Shown here piece by piece: positions 51,764 through 64,000 of a stretch of DNA of 64,000 nt. Source of the DNA: Podarcis pityusensis (taxonomy: Eukaryota); assembly GCA_964106645.2 (NCBI GenBank), contig OZ067040.1; one strand, written 5' to 3'. The position numbers and the translations under genes were made by a program. The notes beneath the pieces were generated by a model. The model had not been told where the DNA came from, did not search any database, and saw nothing but the letters and a program-made list of their open reading frames with translations. The first letter of the stretch is position 1; every line of letters begins with the position of its first letter.

Positions 51764-52136
51764 TGGTAAAGGTAAAGGTAAAGGACCCCTGAGAGTTAAG
51801 TCCAGTCGTGAATGACTCTGGAATTGCGGCCCTCATCTCGCTTTACTGGCTGAGGGAGCCGGCATTTGTCTGCAGACAGTTTTTCCAGATCATGTGGCCA
51901 GCATAACTAAGCTGCTTCTGGCGAAACCAGAGCAGTGCATGGAAACGCCATTTACCTTCCCACTGGAGCAGTACCTATTTATCTACTTGCAGTTTGATGT
52001 GCTTTCAAACTGCTAGGTTGGCAGGAGCTGGGACTGAGCAACGGGAGCTCACCCCATCGAAGGGATTCGAACCTCCAACCTTCCAATCGGCAAGCCCTAG
52101 GCTCAGTGGTTTAGACCACAGCGCCACCCACGTCCC
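51764..52136 (-). mobile_element. Sauria SINE
   Basis: Same head and tail as the other copies. Confidence 0.87.
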
Positions 52137-52427
52137 TCACAGTAAGTGGTCCCAAATAGTGATGCTATCTAAAGTGTGTGTCACACTTACAGGCTTGCCA
52201 TCAGCATCTGATTGGCCACTATGAGAGTGGGGTTTAATTGGTTTAATTCACACAGAAATGGGAAAATGCCTATGTGTATTAATGAAGGTTTAAAATGGAA
52301 AATGGCTAAATGTGTAGCACTAACATTGGGGTTTTTCCACAGTAATTTTCTAAGAGAATCTAAGTGCCTAAATGGGTTAATGATTACCTGTTGATTGTTT
52401 TCTGTTACTCTAAACTGAATGTAACCT

Positions 52428-52773
52428 AAAGGTAAAGGTAAAGGTACCCCTGACCATTAGGTCCAGTCGCAGACGACTCTGGGGTTGCAGCGCTCATCTC
52501 GCTCTATAGGCCGAGGGAGCCGGTGTACAGCTTCAGGGTCATGTGGCCAGCATGACTAAGCCGCTTCTGGCGAACCAGAAACGCTGTTTACCTTCCCGCC
52601 GGAGTGGTACGTATTTATCTACTTGCACTTTGACGTGCTTTCGAACTGCTAGGTTGGCAGGAGCTGGGACCGAGCAATGGGAGCTCACCCCGTCATGGGG
52701 AATCGAACCACCGACCTTTTGATGAGCAAGTCCTAGGCTCTGTGGTTTAACCCACAGCGCCAGCCGTGTCCCT
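52428..52773 (-). mobile_element. Sauria SINE
   Basis: Same head and tail as the other copies; flanking repeat AATGTAACCTA. Confidence 0.88.
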
Positions 52774-55558
52774 CTAGTAATGTAACCTAGTGAGTTGCAA
52801 ATTCACCATCTTGAAAGGGTGGTGGCTTTTAGTCTTTCTCTGAATGCCACAGAGAACAAAAGAATGTAAAGGAAGCTCTCCAAGAAGCTGTATAGCCTTA
52901 GGCAGCCTGAGGCCAGCTGGAATGAGTGATAGAGAAAGTGTTTTGATTTTTAGAGCTATCTTTTATTTTTAAGAGGCTGAGCCTGTGCTGGATAGTACAA
53001 ACCATTGTATGGACATTTTGGATTTATCTTTGATACTTATGTTATGTTTTTGAAGAGTTCTGGAGGTAAACTTTGAATGATTTTTTAATGGGTTCATTTC
53101 CAAAAGGAGTCAGTTCTTATGAATCCAGTCACTTCATGCGGTGTAACATTAATATCTGCAATATGGACTGGGTGAGCTTTTGATTTGATACAGCAGAACT
53201 CTTCTTATGTACTTTAAGAAATAATGCAGAAATAGGAATCTTAGCTTTCTGTACTTCACCCTCTCTGCTTCTTCAAGACAACCAGAGCCACTCTAAGAAA
53301 TAACAAACCCATACTTTTCTAAACTAGAAAAGGCCATTCCCCAGACTAGGAGGCAAAACACTATCTTTATAAACCACTCCTATTCATATGTACAAGATAA
53401 TGGGCAACCACAAGTTCAGATTAATCAGAATATTCATAGTTATCCCCTGATTTTAGTATGGTACCTCTCCATACTGGCTTTTAAGCTGAAAATGTGCAGG
53501 AGGTAAGCTGGGTGCAATGAATAGTTAAATAAGCAAACAACAATTTGTAGTTTGGATTCTTTCCATACTTGGACTCCAGAGAAATAAAGAAACAACCTTG
53601 AGATGTTGAACCTTGAGGATACCTAATCTAGGAAAACTTGTATAGTCTAAACAAAAATTAAAGCTGAGCATCAATTATCTTGATACATAGGAATAATTCA
53701 TAAACTAACAAAGCCCAGTATCTTTTTGTTTTCTAAAGCAATGGAATAGCACATAGTTTTCATCCCAAGTCAAACTGCATGTTGAAATATGGACCAGTGA
53801 GTTTTCTCTTGTCTGCCTATGTTACTTGATCAATGAAATGCATTAGCATATGATGTAGGTTGTGGAATACTCCAAGAACCTGTGTCAAAAATACTTACAT
53901 CATAAAGTATAACAAGTTTGGCTATCTAGGTATCATACAAATGCTTTGGCACTTCTGCCAACCTTACAGTGGGGAGGAAGAAATATATGCTGAATCAGTT
54001 ACGTATTGCTTCTGTGGATTCCATTTACCATATCCATATTACCTTAAAACAGGGAACTGATGAGTGGCTTGGTGTTTAAGCAAAAGTGGGGTTTGAGGAA
54101 TTTGTGTTGTAGATTTCAGGTGTTGTATATTTATATTTTCTAATGTTTCCATAGCTTGTAAAAAAAAAAGTATTTATTCCTAAAGCCAAAAAATAGCTAT
54201 ATGCTTTGACTTTATTATAAGGCTGTTCATAATTTCAGAACCAATGTGCATAGTACCAACGAAATACAATGGGAAGAGTGATATTGCTCAGTCCATATAA
54301 ATGGACTGTTTTGAAGCAATCAAACTGGATATTTTAAGATTCAGAAAGGTACTATCTGCCAACTGGTATCCATTTCAGCTTTGTTCCTTATGATGCAATT
54401 TAAGGCCCCTATTCATCATTTTTGGGAGGCATCAGAAAGGGGGCAAATATCAACTCAGTCAGTCATATTGGAGAGTCTGGAATTAGGCACACTAGTCCCC
54501 ATCAGATACAATTTGTTTCATCCATGTACCTTATGACATAATTATGGGTCTTGGAAATGTGCTTTGAGATCTGCTAAATGTCCTAGAAGTTGCATAGAAG
54601 ATTGGCTGGCAATTCTGGAAGTGCCAGAACTTTTGTATAGTGTATATTTTATTGTTCTAAGCTGCTTTGAGACCTACATGGTGGAAAGCGGAATATCATT
54701 TTTTAAATAAATAAATAAATGAAAAACATTTGTGCAGTATCTAGATATTCAAATCTTTTGTACCTAATCGTATGCTATGACTTGAGTATTTTGACATGGT
54801 CACAGGAACTAGAAGGGCTAGGGGAGAAAGGCGAGCCATTTTATAGTTTGCAAATTTCATAGGAACAAGGTTACTTACACACCTGATGAAAGGCAAATTA
54901 ATAGGGAAGCAAGGCTGCTTACAGAAAGAGAGCTCAGAAGAGCTCTAAACTCATTTATGTGAAGAGCTCCCCAGGATTTTCCTGAAGACAGGAAAACCCT
55001 TAGAGCTCTGAAGATGCTTGGGAGGGGAAGCTTTCCCAGGGCATGGACTGAACAATAGCCATCATAGGTAGTAGCCATTGCTAGGCTTACTCTCCATGAG
55101 TTTGTCTACTCCTCTTTTAAAGTCATCCAAGTTGATGGACTTCACTATATACTGTGGCAATTATTATATCTGTATAATTATTTTTAAAATGCTTCTTGTG
55201 TGAAATGATTTTTTTCTTTGTTCTTTGTCGATTTTTTTGTCGATGACCCCATGTGTAAAACTTATTAATAATGATTTAATAAAATACAGAAATAATAGTA
55301 TCAGCAGGTTGTGCAGTAGCATAAGTCTTTCCTAGAAATCATGCTGTTGTGATTAACTTAACTTCCTAGAAAAGAACTCTGGATTTAGGGGGGAAATGTC
55401 TATAATTACTTTATTCAAGCTGTTAACCATTGCTACTCATTGGTTGCATAAGAGTCACATATAAGCAATTTACCCTGTGTTTGTCCCATCCTCAGTTTTT
55501 CCACCAGTTTTAATTATGTGACCATTATAGGCATTAATTTATAGAAGAATCACAGGAC

Positions 55559-55648
55559 CATAGCTGTCAACGTTTTCCTTTTTTTAAGGGAAATTCCCTT
55601 ATTCCGAATAGGATTCCTCGCAAGAAAAGGGAAAAGTTGACAGCTATG
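55559..55648. mobile_element. 90-bp hAT-type MITE
   Basis: 13-bp perfect TIR CATAGCTGTCAAC; perfect 8-bp TSD CACAGGAC (55551-55558, 55649-55656). Confidence 0.9.
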
Positions 55649-58600
55649 CACAGGACTGTAGGGCTAGAAGGGAACCCTGGGGGTCATCTAGTCTAACTTC
55701 CTGCAATGCAGGAATCTCAATTAGATCGTATTGTTCCCTTGAATCACACACGGGCTTCCATTCCGGTCCTGAATATAAATAAGAGAAGTCCTATTGACTT
55801 CAATAAAGACATCCAAGTGGGACAATAAAGACATCCTGTATCAAGGCTGAAGCAATCAGGCCTGTATTCTTAATTCCCTTGCTAGAAGAAATAGCGGCTG
55901 TCTTGCTTTCTGCTCCATATGGCTGCAAGTAATGTTATAGGCCAGAAGGAGATAACCGGTAGCTACTCACTCAGGTGTTGTCAGGTGATAAAAGACATCA
56001 GTGTGACTTCACATGATTCTTTAAAGTAGATGTGGGGAAGCTTTTTTTTTTAATGTACCAAGGACTGTGGTTTTTTTACCATAGGGTGGGGGCTGATGGG
56101 ACTAGAGTCAAAAGTTGCCAGGACCAACATCCCTCCCTCCCTCCCTCTCTTTCTGTCTCTCTCCCTTACCCCTAGCTGTCTTTTCCCTCTCTATTTGACC
56201 TTCTGCCATCTCTTCTCTTTCTTCTCCCTGCCTATTAGGATGCCAGGGGGAAGTGGGGACAGGGGGAAATCAGCCAAAATAACCTCCCCTTGTTCCATCA
56301 ACAAGGGTCCCTACTATATCAGAGTCCCCTTCTGCAAATGGAAGACGCTTGGATCTCAGGAACCAAGCCAATATTCTTAAGCCTTTCAGATCCATTTGAT
56401 ACCTTGCCTACATAAACGAGCTTATCAGGTCTATTTATTTATGATTAAATTGGAGCTGCCAAAAGTCAAGGCTCTCTCTGCAACTGATGAGTGTCGGGGT
56501 CAAGCAACATCTGGAGGGCCACAGATTTCCCATGTCTGCACAAGCCTTAATCAAATGATGTAGAGTATGACTATGCCCTGCTTTCTGGATGTCAGAAACA
56601 AGTTGCTATTACTCTCAGCTGACAACAGCAACCTATCAGTTTCTTTCAGAAGAACATATCTTTGCCCAAAGGTTGAGGGAAATTGTTTCATAAATGAAAG
56701 TGTCTCACTGTTTCCTGTTTTAAAAAAAGAAAGCATTGAAGCCCAGGAAGATAAGGAACATATCAGCAGTAATTGAACCTAGTGATAGTACATTTTAATG
56801 GTCTTCAAATGGCATTATTGTGTGGTGAAGAAGAAGAAGAAGAAGAAGAAGTCAACAAAATAAACATTATACTCCATGCTGCCATTGATCCTTAAAAGCA
56901 GGTTTGGTGACAGACTGCATTTTTATTGTTCTCTCAGGGAATAAAAATCTGTTGGCATTTGTCACTTTAAAATGATTTTTATTCTGCAGTGTGAAAACTG
57001 AAAGCATTCAGAAATCAAATCTCCTTTTTGATATATCATCGTAATTTATTATTACTATTATTATATATTGAATTTATATACTGCCCTATACCCAGAGGTC
57101 TCAAGGCGGTTCACAGAATAATGGTGCTCAACAAGTGGACTCCCAGCACCTGGTATTATTCTTAAGGCATACTAGAAAAGGAAGCATAGCAAACCAAACA
57201 GTTAAATGGACAAAAAGACCAAAAAAAAAAAAAGGGCAAAAAAAATAAGCACCAGAGACTAGCAAATCGTCCCTGAAATTTGTAGCATGATACAGTAGAA
57301 TAGCTTGGCTCCTAAAGTTTTCATATAAATCCAGTGCAACTCTCTACTATGCTGACTAATTTTCAAGTCAAACTTCAGCTTTTCTATCATAAAGATGGAC
57401 AAAGCCAGCTGATTGAGATACATGGCATAAAATTACAGAATCAACAGTGTTTTCCTTCTGCCATAGATAGAACATTATAGCTCTTATTCTACCACCCTCC
57501 CGACCTTGCTTTGACATCCTAAGCTCTCAGCAAAGACTCTGAAAAGTTACCTCCAGAGGACCAGTTTACTGAGTATTTATCCTGATTTGTGTGCACAAAG
57601 CTCGCACAGAGGTTATATGGTGTGTGCCATTTACTCATCCTCATTTGTTTGTGCAGAGTTTATGTGACTTCCTGTCCAATCAATTGTGAATCCACACTTT
57701 CTAATGCATTTCCCCATCACTTTCCCAACAATAATAAATAAATCTGATTTTAAAAGAAGAAGAAGTAGGCTGGTTGCACAGGAGTGCCAGAGTGCTTTAT
57801 AATCCACATTATTCGCAAAAACTTAAATTTGCCAGTATGCAGTTGAATCCCTCCAGCAGAATAGTTCCCATCTAGAGGCTTTAAAAAGACATATTCATGC
57901 AGCTCTTTCTTTAAAACCAGTTGCAGATCAGATCCCCCAAGCCAGCAGGATGGATTCCTATCTGCCTACGAGCTAAGAGTTAGGTGCCCCTGCTACTATA
58001 TTATTAAATTCTGTTTAACTGGGGGTTTTAATGTATGTTGATGTTTTGTACAGCATGATTTTAATAGGTGTTTCAGAGCCACTTGGGGAGCTAGATCTGG
58101 CTGAGAAATTGAATTGAAGGAATAGTAAGAAAATTATGCAGGTGGCTATCTGCTGTCAGAAGGGGACTACTTCCTGGGAAGGGTGGAGACACTGGCGAAG
58201 GAAGGGGTGTGGTGGGGGCAGTCCACTCTGGGTGCCATCCCTGAGGGGGGGACATCGCAGTGCCACCCCCCTGGGCCGCTCGCCATGGGCAGCGCCTCCT
58301 TGGGACACTTGTTCTGCCCCTGCGGGCAGCTAGCCCTGCCCCCAGGGCTCTGGGTGCCGGAGCAGCTAGCTCCACCTCTGGGTGGAGATTGATCTTAGTG
58401 GCCCCTCCTCCTCTCTGTCTACTATCTAAAATGCTGGTAGAAATTGCACCTTGCAGGAGATGACTTGAGATGCAATCCATGCCGATGCAACGAAGTCGTT
58501 AAAATCAACAGGAACTAAACAGCTACTTCAATTAGTTAAGATTGCCTCAAAAAGATTTGTGCCTCTAGCTGGACCCTTGGTGAGTTGAGGTGGGATCAGA

Positions 58601-61600
58601 TGCTCCTAAGCAAAGCATTTACCGTGCCACATGGGAGATCGTTTAATACAAGGCATCCACAAGCAGAAAAGACACCAATAATGAGATACTGAGACTACAC
58701 AAAAAGAAACTTTGATAGATGTATGGAGACTACAGGTTATAAGTGAGGAAAGAGAAACCTACCATTTGCAAACAACATTCCTGAATTGGAATGCTGAGGT
58801 GTAAGAAATGCAGAGGAGTTTAGCTAAGCAGTTGTGGGTCATCCATTCTGCTAGGAATCCCTTCTCATATCAAGAGAGATGGGTGTGTCGTAAATGTTAT
58901 TTGCGGAAGGCACTGAACTTCTCCCACAATGCACTTGTAACTAAAGTATGTTGTCCATGTGATTTGAACTCAGGGGCAACAAAACCATATGCTTCCTTGT
59001 CTGGAAACTTATTTTTTCAGGAAAAATTGGCAATCAAATAGGATAGTACAGGTGGTTGATGAGCCACTATCACAAACTTTTTTCCAAACAGCTGCTCTGC
59101 ACGGCAATGTAGTCAACGCAGAATGCAAAATGAGCCATTACAGCGTAACCACCATCTGGTGCACTGGCCCAACAGAGAAAAAGGACCAGTGTCTGAGATA
59201 TTGTGGAATGGGTGGGTGGGCAGAAATGGCACTGGGACTGCTTCTACACTGCATGTTTTCACTGGAATTGACATAATTAATTCAGTTATCATTGTCTTGT
59301 ATTCTGCTTTTTATAGATGAATTCACTACAAGTTGCATTAATGGTAAATTAAACTTTATTTTTTATGACGCTTGGAAGTCTGCATACAGTAGAAACTAAC
59401 TTCTTCAGCCAGGCTACACCTCTGAGTCAGCCCCCTTGGCCATAGCTGTGTTTCCCCTTGCCATTCTTCTGTCTTTTTGAAGACTTGATTTGCAGACATT
59501 TTTCTAATGGCCACCTATAGTATTTTAATGGTATTTTGTGTTTTAATGCTGTACATCACCATGATATTTAATGACATAGCAATACATTATTGTCAAATGA
59601 ATGAATGAATGAATGAATGTCAGTACCAGCCTGTCCAGTGTGGACTGACAAAAAGCTATTGAGATATCTGGAGAGGAAAGTGGTTCACAAGACCTATTTT
59701 TGAGGACCCAGGTGCAGGAAGCATGGAGCTCATCTTGGGACAAGTCCAGGTTATAAATAAGACACATAAGGTCAGAATTGCATTAAAATTGGCTACAACT
59801 TTATTGACTACTGATGTAAGCTAGTTTTGGCTAAGGCATCGGGTATGTATCTGGTATCAAGCAACCCACCTGCTGGTTGATCAGTAAGGTGGATTGACCC
59901 TGAGTAGAGGGTTGCCTCTTGTCATACATCAAGTAGAGCAATCCCAACATTCAGAAGGTTACTATGCCCATCGATCCCCGTGTGGTCCCCATGTGGACCA
60001 AGCATATCCTTCCTGGACCCTTTTATCAGGGTATCCCATGTCTAACAATCCAACTCAATGTCTTATCAGGCTCTAGCATTGAGTAAACTTGAGAGCAGCT
60101 GCAGATAAGGGAATTAGCTCATGTAATGTTGCAAGATTTCCTTGCTGGAGCACAAGACCAGCCAGATTATGGCGAACCCTTTATTTACATTTTGGTATTT
60201 GAAATAGACATCCAAAAGCAAGGGCCTTTTCAAGTGCATTGTTTTTCTTGCGGACTAATATGTTACTTAAGACTACGAGAAAAATGGTATGAAAGAAAAT
60301 GTTGCAGTTCTGTTGCTGAAACTTAGCAAGTCCCCCCCCCCCATGTGTAAATTGCCTGGCAACTGTACTTAAACTACTCTAAGCTCTTTAGGGTAAGAGC
60401 AGGGTAATAAGCAAACAATCAAACAGCAAAAACCACCAGCCCCTTCCCCCAAGAGACATGCAGGAGGAGCTTGTTCCATTCACAATCCCTAACACTTAAC
60501 ATCCAACCATGCTTAACCAGATCTCACAATACCGCTGTGATATCTATGGATGAGGAATCCCTACACACAGCAGCGCTTGCCATTCTGATGAGATAATTTT
60601 ATACTTCTGGCCCTTAGCCATAGAAAGTTTATGGATTGTATTCACCAGCACAACAAGGGCAGCTCTCACAATTAAGGACTACAAATCACAGGAAATGCAG
60701 CAGGCACCAGAACAGCAGCAAAATATATTAATACTAGTTGAGTCATGTAGACAAATTATTTGATAAAGAGGTAGGTGAACTCCTTAGACAGGCTAAGAAA
60801 TGGAAATTTTAAAAAGTGCTGTTGGAAAATGATCACGATAGTAAATTTCAGCCCCAATGCAAGTTAGGAAGGCTATTCTCCAAAACAATTCTATCTCTTA
60901 GCTACCACTAGCACAACAGCATGTGGTTGAACCACAAATAGCTGTATAAAATAAAAGTGACAAGAATGCTGGCCTCAGGAGAACATGCTTCCTTCACTGC
61001 ACATCCTAAGCATCCATCACACAAGGTTAAATGACTTGACACTACTACATTACTCCAAACAAAGAGATAGGCATATTCGTTTTCCAATGCTAAAAGGGGA
61101 CTTCTGGTAAAGAGAATGGGAATTTGATCTCTGTAGTACAGCAACACCATTTGTCCTTACCAGAAACTGACTCAAATGCTCTTCTGTGAGCAAAACAGTG
61201 GGTACAGATGGTCCTTACAAGGTGGCTTCCATAAAAACAAAAACACAACAACCAATATCTAAAGTACAAGCAAACCATCATTAAAATAGCACTATCTTCA
61301 AACAGCAATGACATAAGCAATATGAATAACAATCTTAGCATCATATTGCAGCAAACCAGTAAAAACAACGTATTAAATAATTTCAGCGACAATATATTAA
61401 AACCATTTCAGCATCCATTTAAATCAACAACAGTATCTTTAAGGAAAGGCAGCTTTAAACAAATGACTTTTCAGAGCCCATTTGAAACTTGAACCAAGGG
61501 TGCCATAATCACCTCAGCTGAAAGAGCATTCCACAAACAGGGAGCCAAGGTTGAAAAGGCCTTTTATCTTCTGTCCATTATCTATTACTCTCAGTTGTCA

Positions 61601-62559
61601 AACATACTGAAGAAATATACTACTTTTGCCAGAGCATCTACTTACACATACCTGGTATTCAGAGACTCTGAAACAGTAAGACCTCTGCTGATATAAAAAA
61701 CTAACTATGCAAACACCAACAGAGGAAGATGTTTATCCTGCAATCTTATTCAAATTTACTTTAAAGTGTTGCTAGACTCATTGGAACTTATCTCTAACTA
61801 AATTAGATGTGGCAACTGTTATGCATGCAGCAATCATAGCAGGCAATGTTTTAAAACCCTGGGTTGCAATCAGCTAAGGCCTACTCAGAGTAAACCCACT
61901 GAAATGAATAAACCCAAGTTATTCATGTCCATTAACTTCAATGGGTCTTCTCAAGCATCAAATACCACCCACAATTATATATGCTGACTCTTTTTTAAAA
62001 AGTTAAGATTCCTGTGAAGTTGAAAAAAGTGCATGTAATTGTCAACTAAGATGTTCCCTCCCTGCTAAAATGGAAATTCTTGTGTTTGCATGGGTGAGAA
62101 AATAGTACTTATGAGTAAAACGCAAGAGAAAATGTTAACCATCCACCCTGTCATAATGCTTAAACCCCATGGGCAGCCAATGAAGCTGAATGTTGGGAGA
62201 TTTAAGACAGACAAAAGGAAGTTCTTGCAGTAAACTATTGAGTTTATTGCAAGAAGCAGTGATGGCTCCTACTAGAAGCAGCGATGGCTACCAACTTAGC
62301 TCTGAAAGAGGATTGGACACATTCATGGACGATAAGGTTATCAAGTGCCTATGAGCTGTGATGGCTATGCTCTGCCTCCACTATTGGAGGAGGCATAATT
62401 CTGAATACCAGTTGCTGGGATCACAACTGGAGAGAGTGCTGTTGAACTCAGGTCCCACCTTTCAGGATTCTCATGGCTGCCGTGAGAACAGAATGCTGGA
62501 GTAGGTGGGCCTTTGACGGAAAGCCCAAATGGTGGCCATGCTTTGGCTGTAATCCTGAG

Positions 62560-62706
62560 CAGTGGCGTAGCGTGGGTTGTCAGCACCCGGGGCAAGGCAA
62601 GTAATTTGCGCCCCCTAACCCGTGGATTTGCGCCCCCTAACCCTAACCCCCAGATGTTGTGCCCGGTGCGGCCGGCCCCCCCTGCACCCCCCACGCTACG
62701 CCACTG
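62560..62706. mobile_element. GC-rich hAT-type MITE
   Basis: 17-bp TIR CAGTGGCGTAGCGTGGG; imperfect 8-bp TSD ATCCTGAG/CACCTGAG. Confidence 0.8.
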
Positions 62707-64000
62707 CACCTGAGTTCACTATTAAGGAGTGGTAAATCATCATGAGTAGATGGCATGGTTGAATGAAGCATTTGCTGTATTTTATTATCTGGTAAGTACA
62801 TTGTGTGCCTTATGTTATATAGCTGGTAGATTTTTCCAGTAAGAACCGAGAGACAGACAGAGAGAGACAGAGAGAGAGATCACCCTGCTCAGGGAAGCCC
62901 TGAGGTTTGCAGAAGTACCAAAAAAACCCCACCACCAAGCACATTTTTAAAAGGTAGGGTTTCCTCCTTCCTCTCACCCTCCAGAAAAGTAACCGAGCAA
63001 ACAAATATATGCAATAGCCACTGAATGCAGAGTGACCAGGGGGGAGGCACTGCTGAGGTGAGCATACACCTTTTTGTTGCAGGTCCAACATGTATGTAAT
63101 AATAATAAGCATACATGTGCAACGATCCTTCTCATTGCAATTCACAACAATAAACTGCAAAAAATCATATCACATGAAACAGTACTATAAAGCAGGAGAA
63201 GCTGGTTTTTAATGCTCAGTTAAGACGTTCAATCTGAAAATGCCAGCTGTTATAGAAATTGGTGTACAAACATGTCTCTCTTGGAAGGGAGCATTGCTGC
63301 TGCGTAAATAGTTGGGTTATCCTAAAGCGTTCAGCGTTGGAGTGGCTGAAGGGGGAGGTTTTACTTCCTTTCTAGCCCTGGAAACAAAGAGCATCCAGCT
63401 TCCATAATATTCAGGCACTGTCCAGACCTACTATAATAAATACAGCTATTTTGAGCCACTGCCCTCCTTAGAAGGACTCCAACCTAAAGTGGCAAGCTAG
63501 CTCAGTATTCCAGATCCACATAGATATTTTATTTATGCAAAGTGCAAAGCATTCTATTTTTAAACATGGTTTTCAATTAAGGCAATAACTTTGTGACCCT
63601 TGAAACACTTGGATGCGTACTTAAATTTGCACATTTCAACATTCTTGGCTGAAGGGTCAAGGCCTTGAAAGACATAACGAAAAATTAATGATTTGGTGAA
63701 TGAATGAAACATCCTTGACATCACCAGTTTTACCTGGATGAGCAAGACAGAGGCTTGTCTCTTTGCAATCTTGTGTTCGTCCCTGCCCCCCTCAGCAATA
63801 GTAGCATAAGGCACTTTCACGTTCCATTGGTTGTTCAGAGATATGTTAATATAAATGAATCAGAGCATGAGATGTGGAAAATAATGTCTTGAGCTATGTT
63901 TTCCAAAATTGCTTTCTGACACAATAAAAGCTACCAAGGACCATTCTAAAAGTAATTTTGGATTACTATGGGGTTTTTGAATTCAGTAGTAATTTTGAAA

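Noticed and set aside
11445-52773. All five Sauria SINEs in the same orientation
   Set aside because: Five copies are too few; the chance probability is about 1 in 16.
62630-62650. CCCTAACCCTAACCC telomere-like motif
   Set aside because: Only about two units, inside a MITE; not an interstitial telomere array.
45910-64000. Upstream KCNK2 exons or another gene
   Set aside because: No cap or pore-helix-1 coding sequence was found by eye; the short ORFs here are repeat-derived or featureless.
1-64000. Prokaryote-type systems (CRISPR arrays, operons)
   Set aside because: The sequence is a vertebrate gene with introns; no repeat-spacer arrays were seen.

Overview
Vertebrate genomic DNA from a squamate reptile; the repeat content (Sauria SINE, BovB, L2, L1) suggests a lacertid lizard, which is an inference. 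The window holds the 3' part of the K2P potassium channel gene KCNK2 (TREK-1) on the minus strand: four coding exons (161, 187, 140 and 318 bp, all with canonical splice sites) and a ~2 kb 3' UTR. The more 5' exons were not found and probably lie beyond 64000. The introns are full of mobile elements. Highlights: (1) A very young 4.3 kb endogenous retrovirus (17650-21966) with 540-bp LTRs that look identical by eye and a 6-bp TSD. It has intact betaretrovirus-like gag and dut/pro ORFs but no pol, a tRNA-Trp PBS, a broken ASLV-type env and a tandem-hairpin 3' element. (2) Two copies of a ~2.1 kb non-autonomous L1-type element with a ~205-aa ORF, plus a 3' fragment of a related L1. (3) A 25-bp TG...CA hairpin with a 5-bp TSD inside a BovB. 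(4) TREK-1 substitutions at positions known to affect gating. There is one 200-bp assembly gap. All family assignments come from motif recognition and memory, not database searches.
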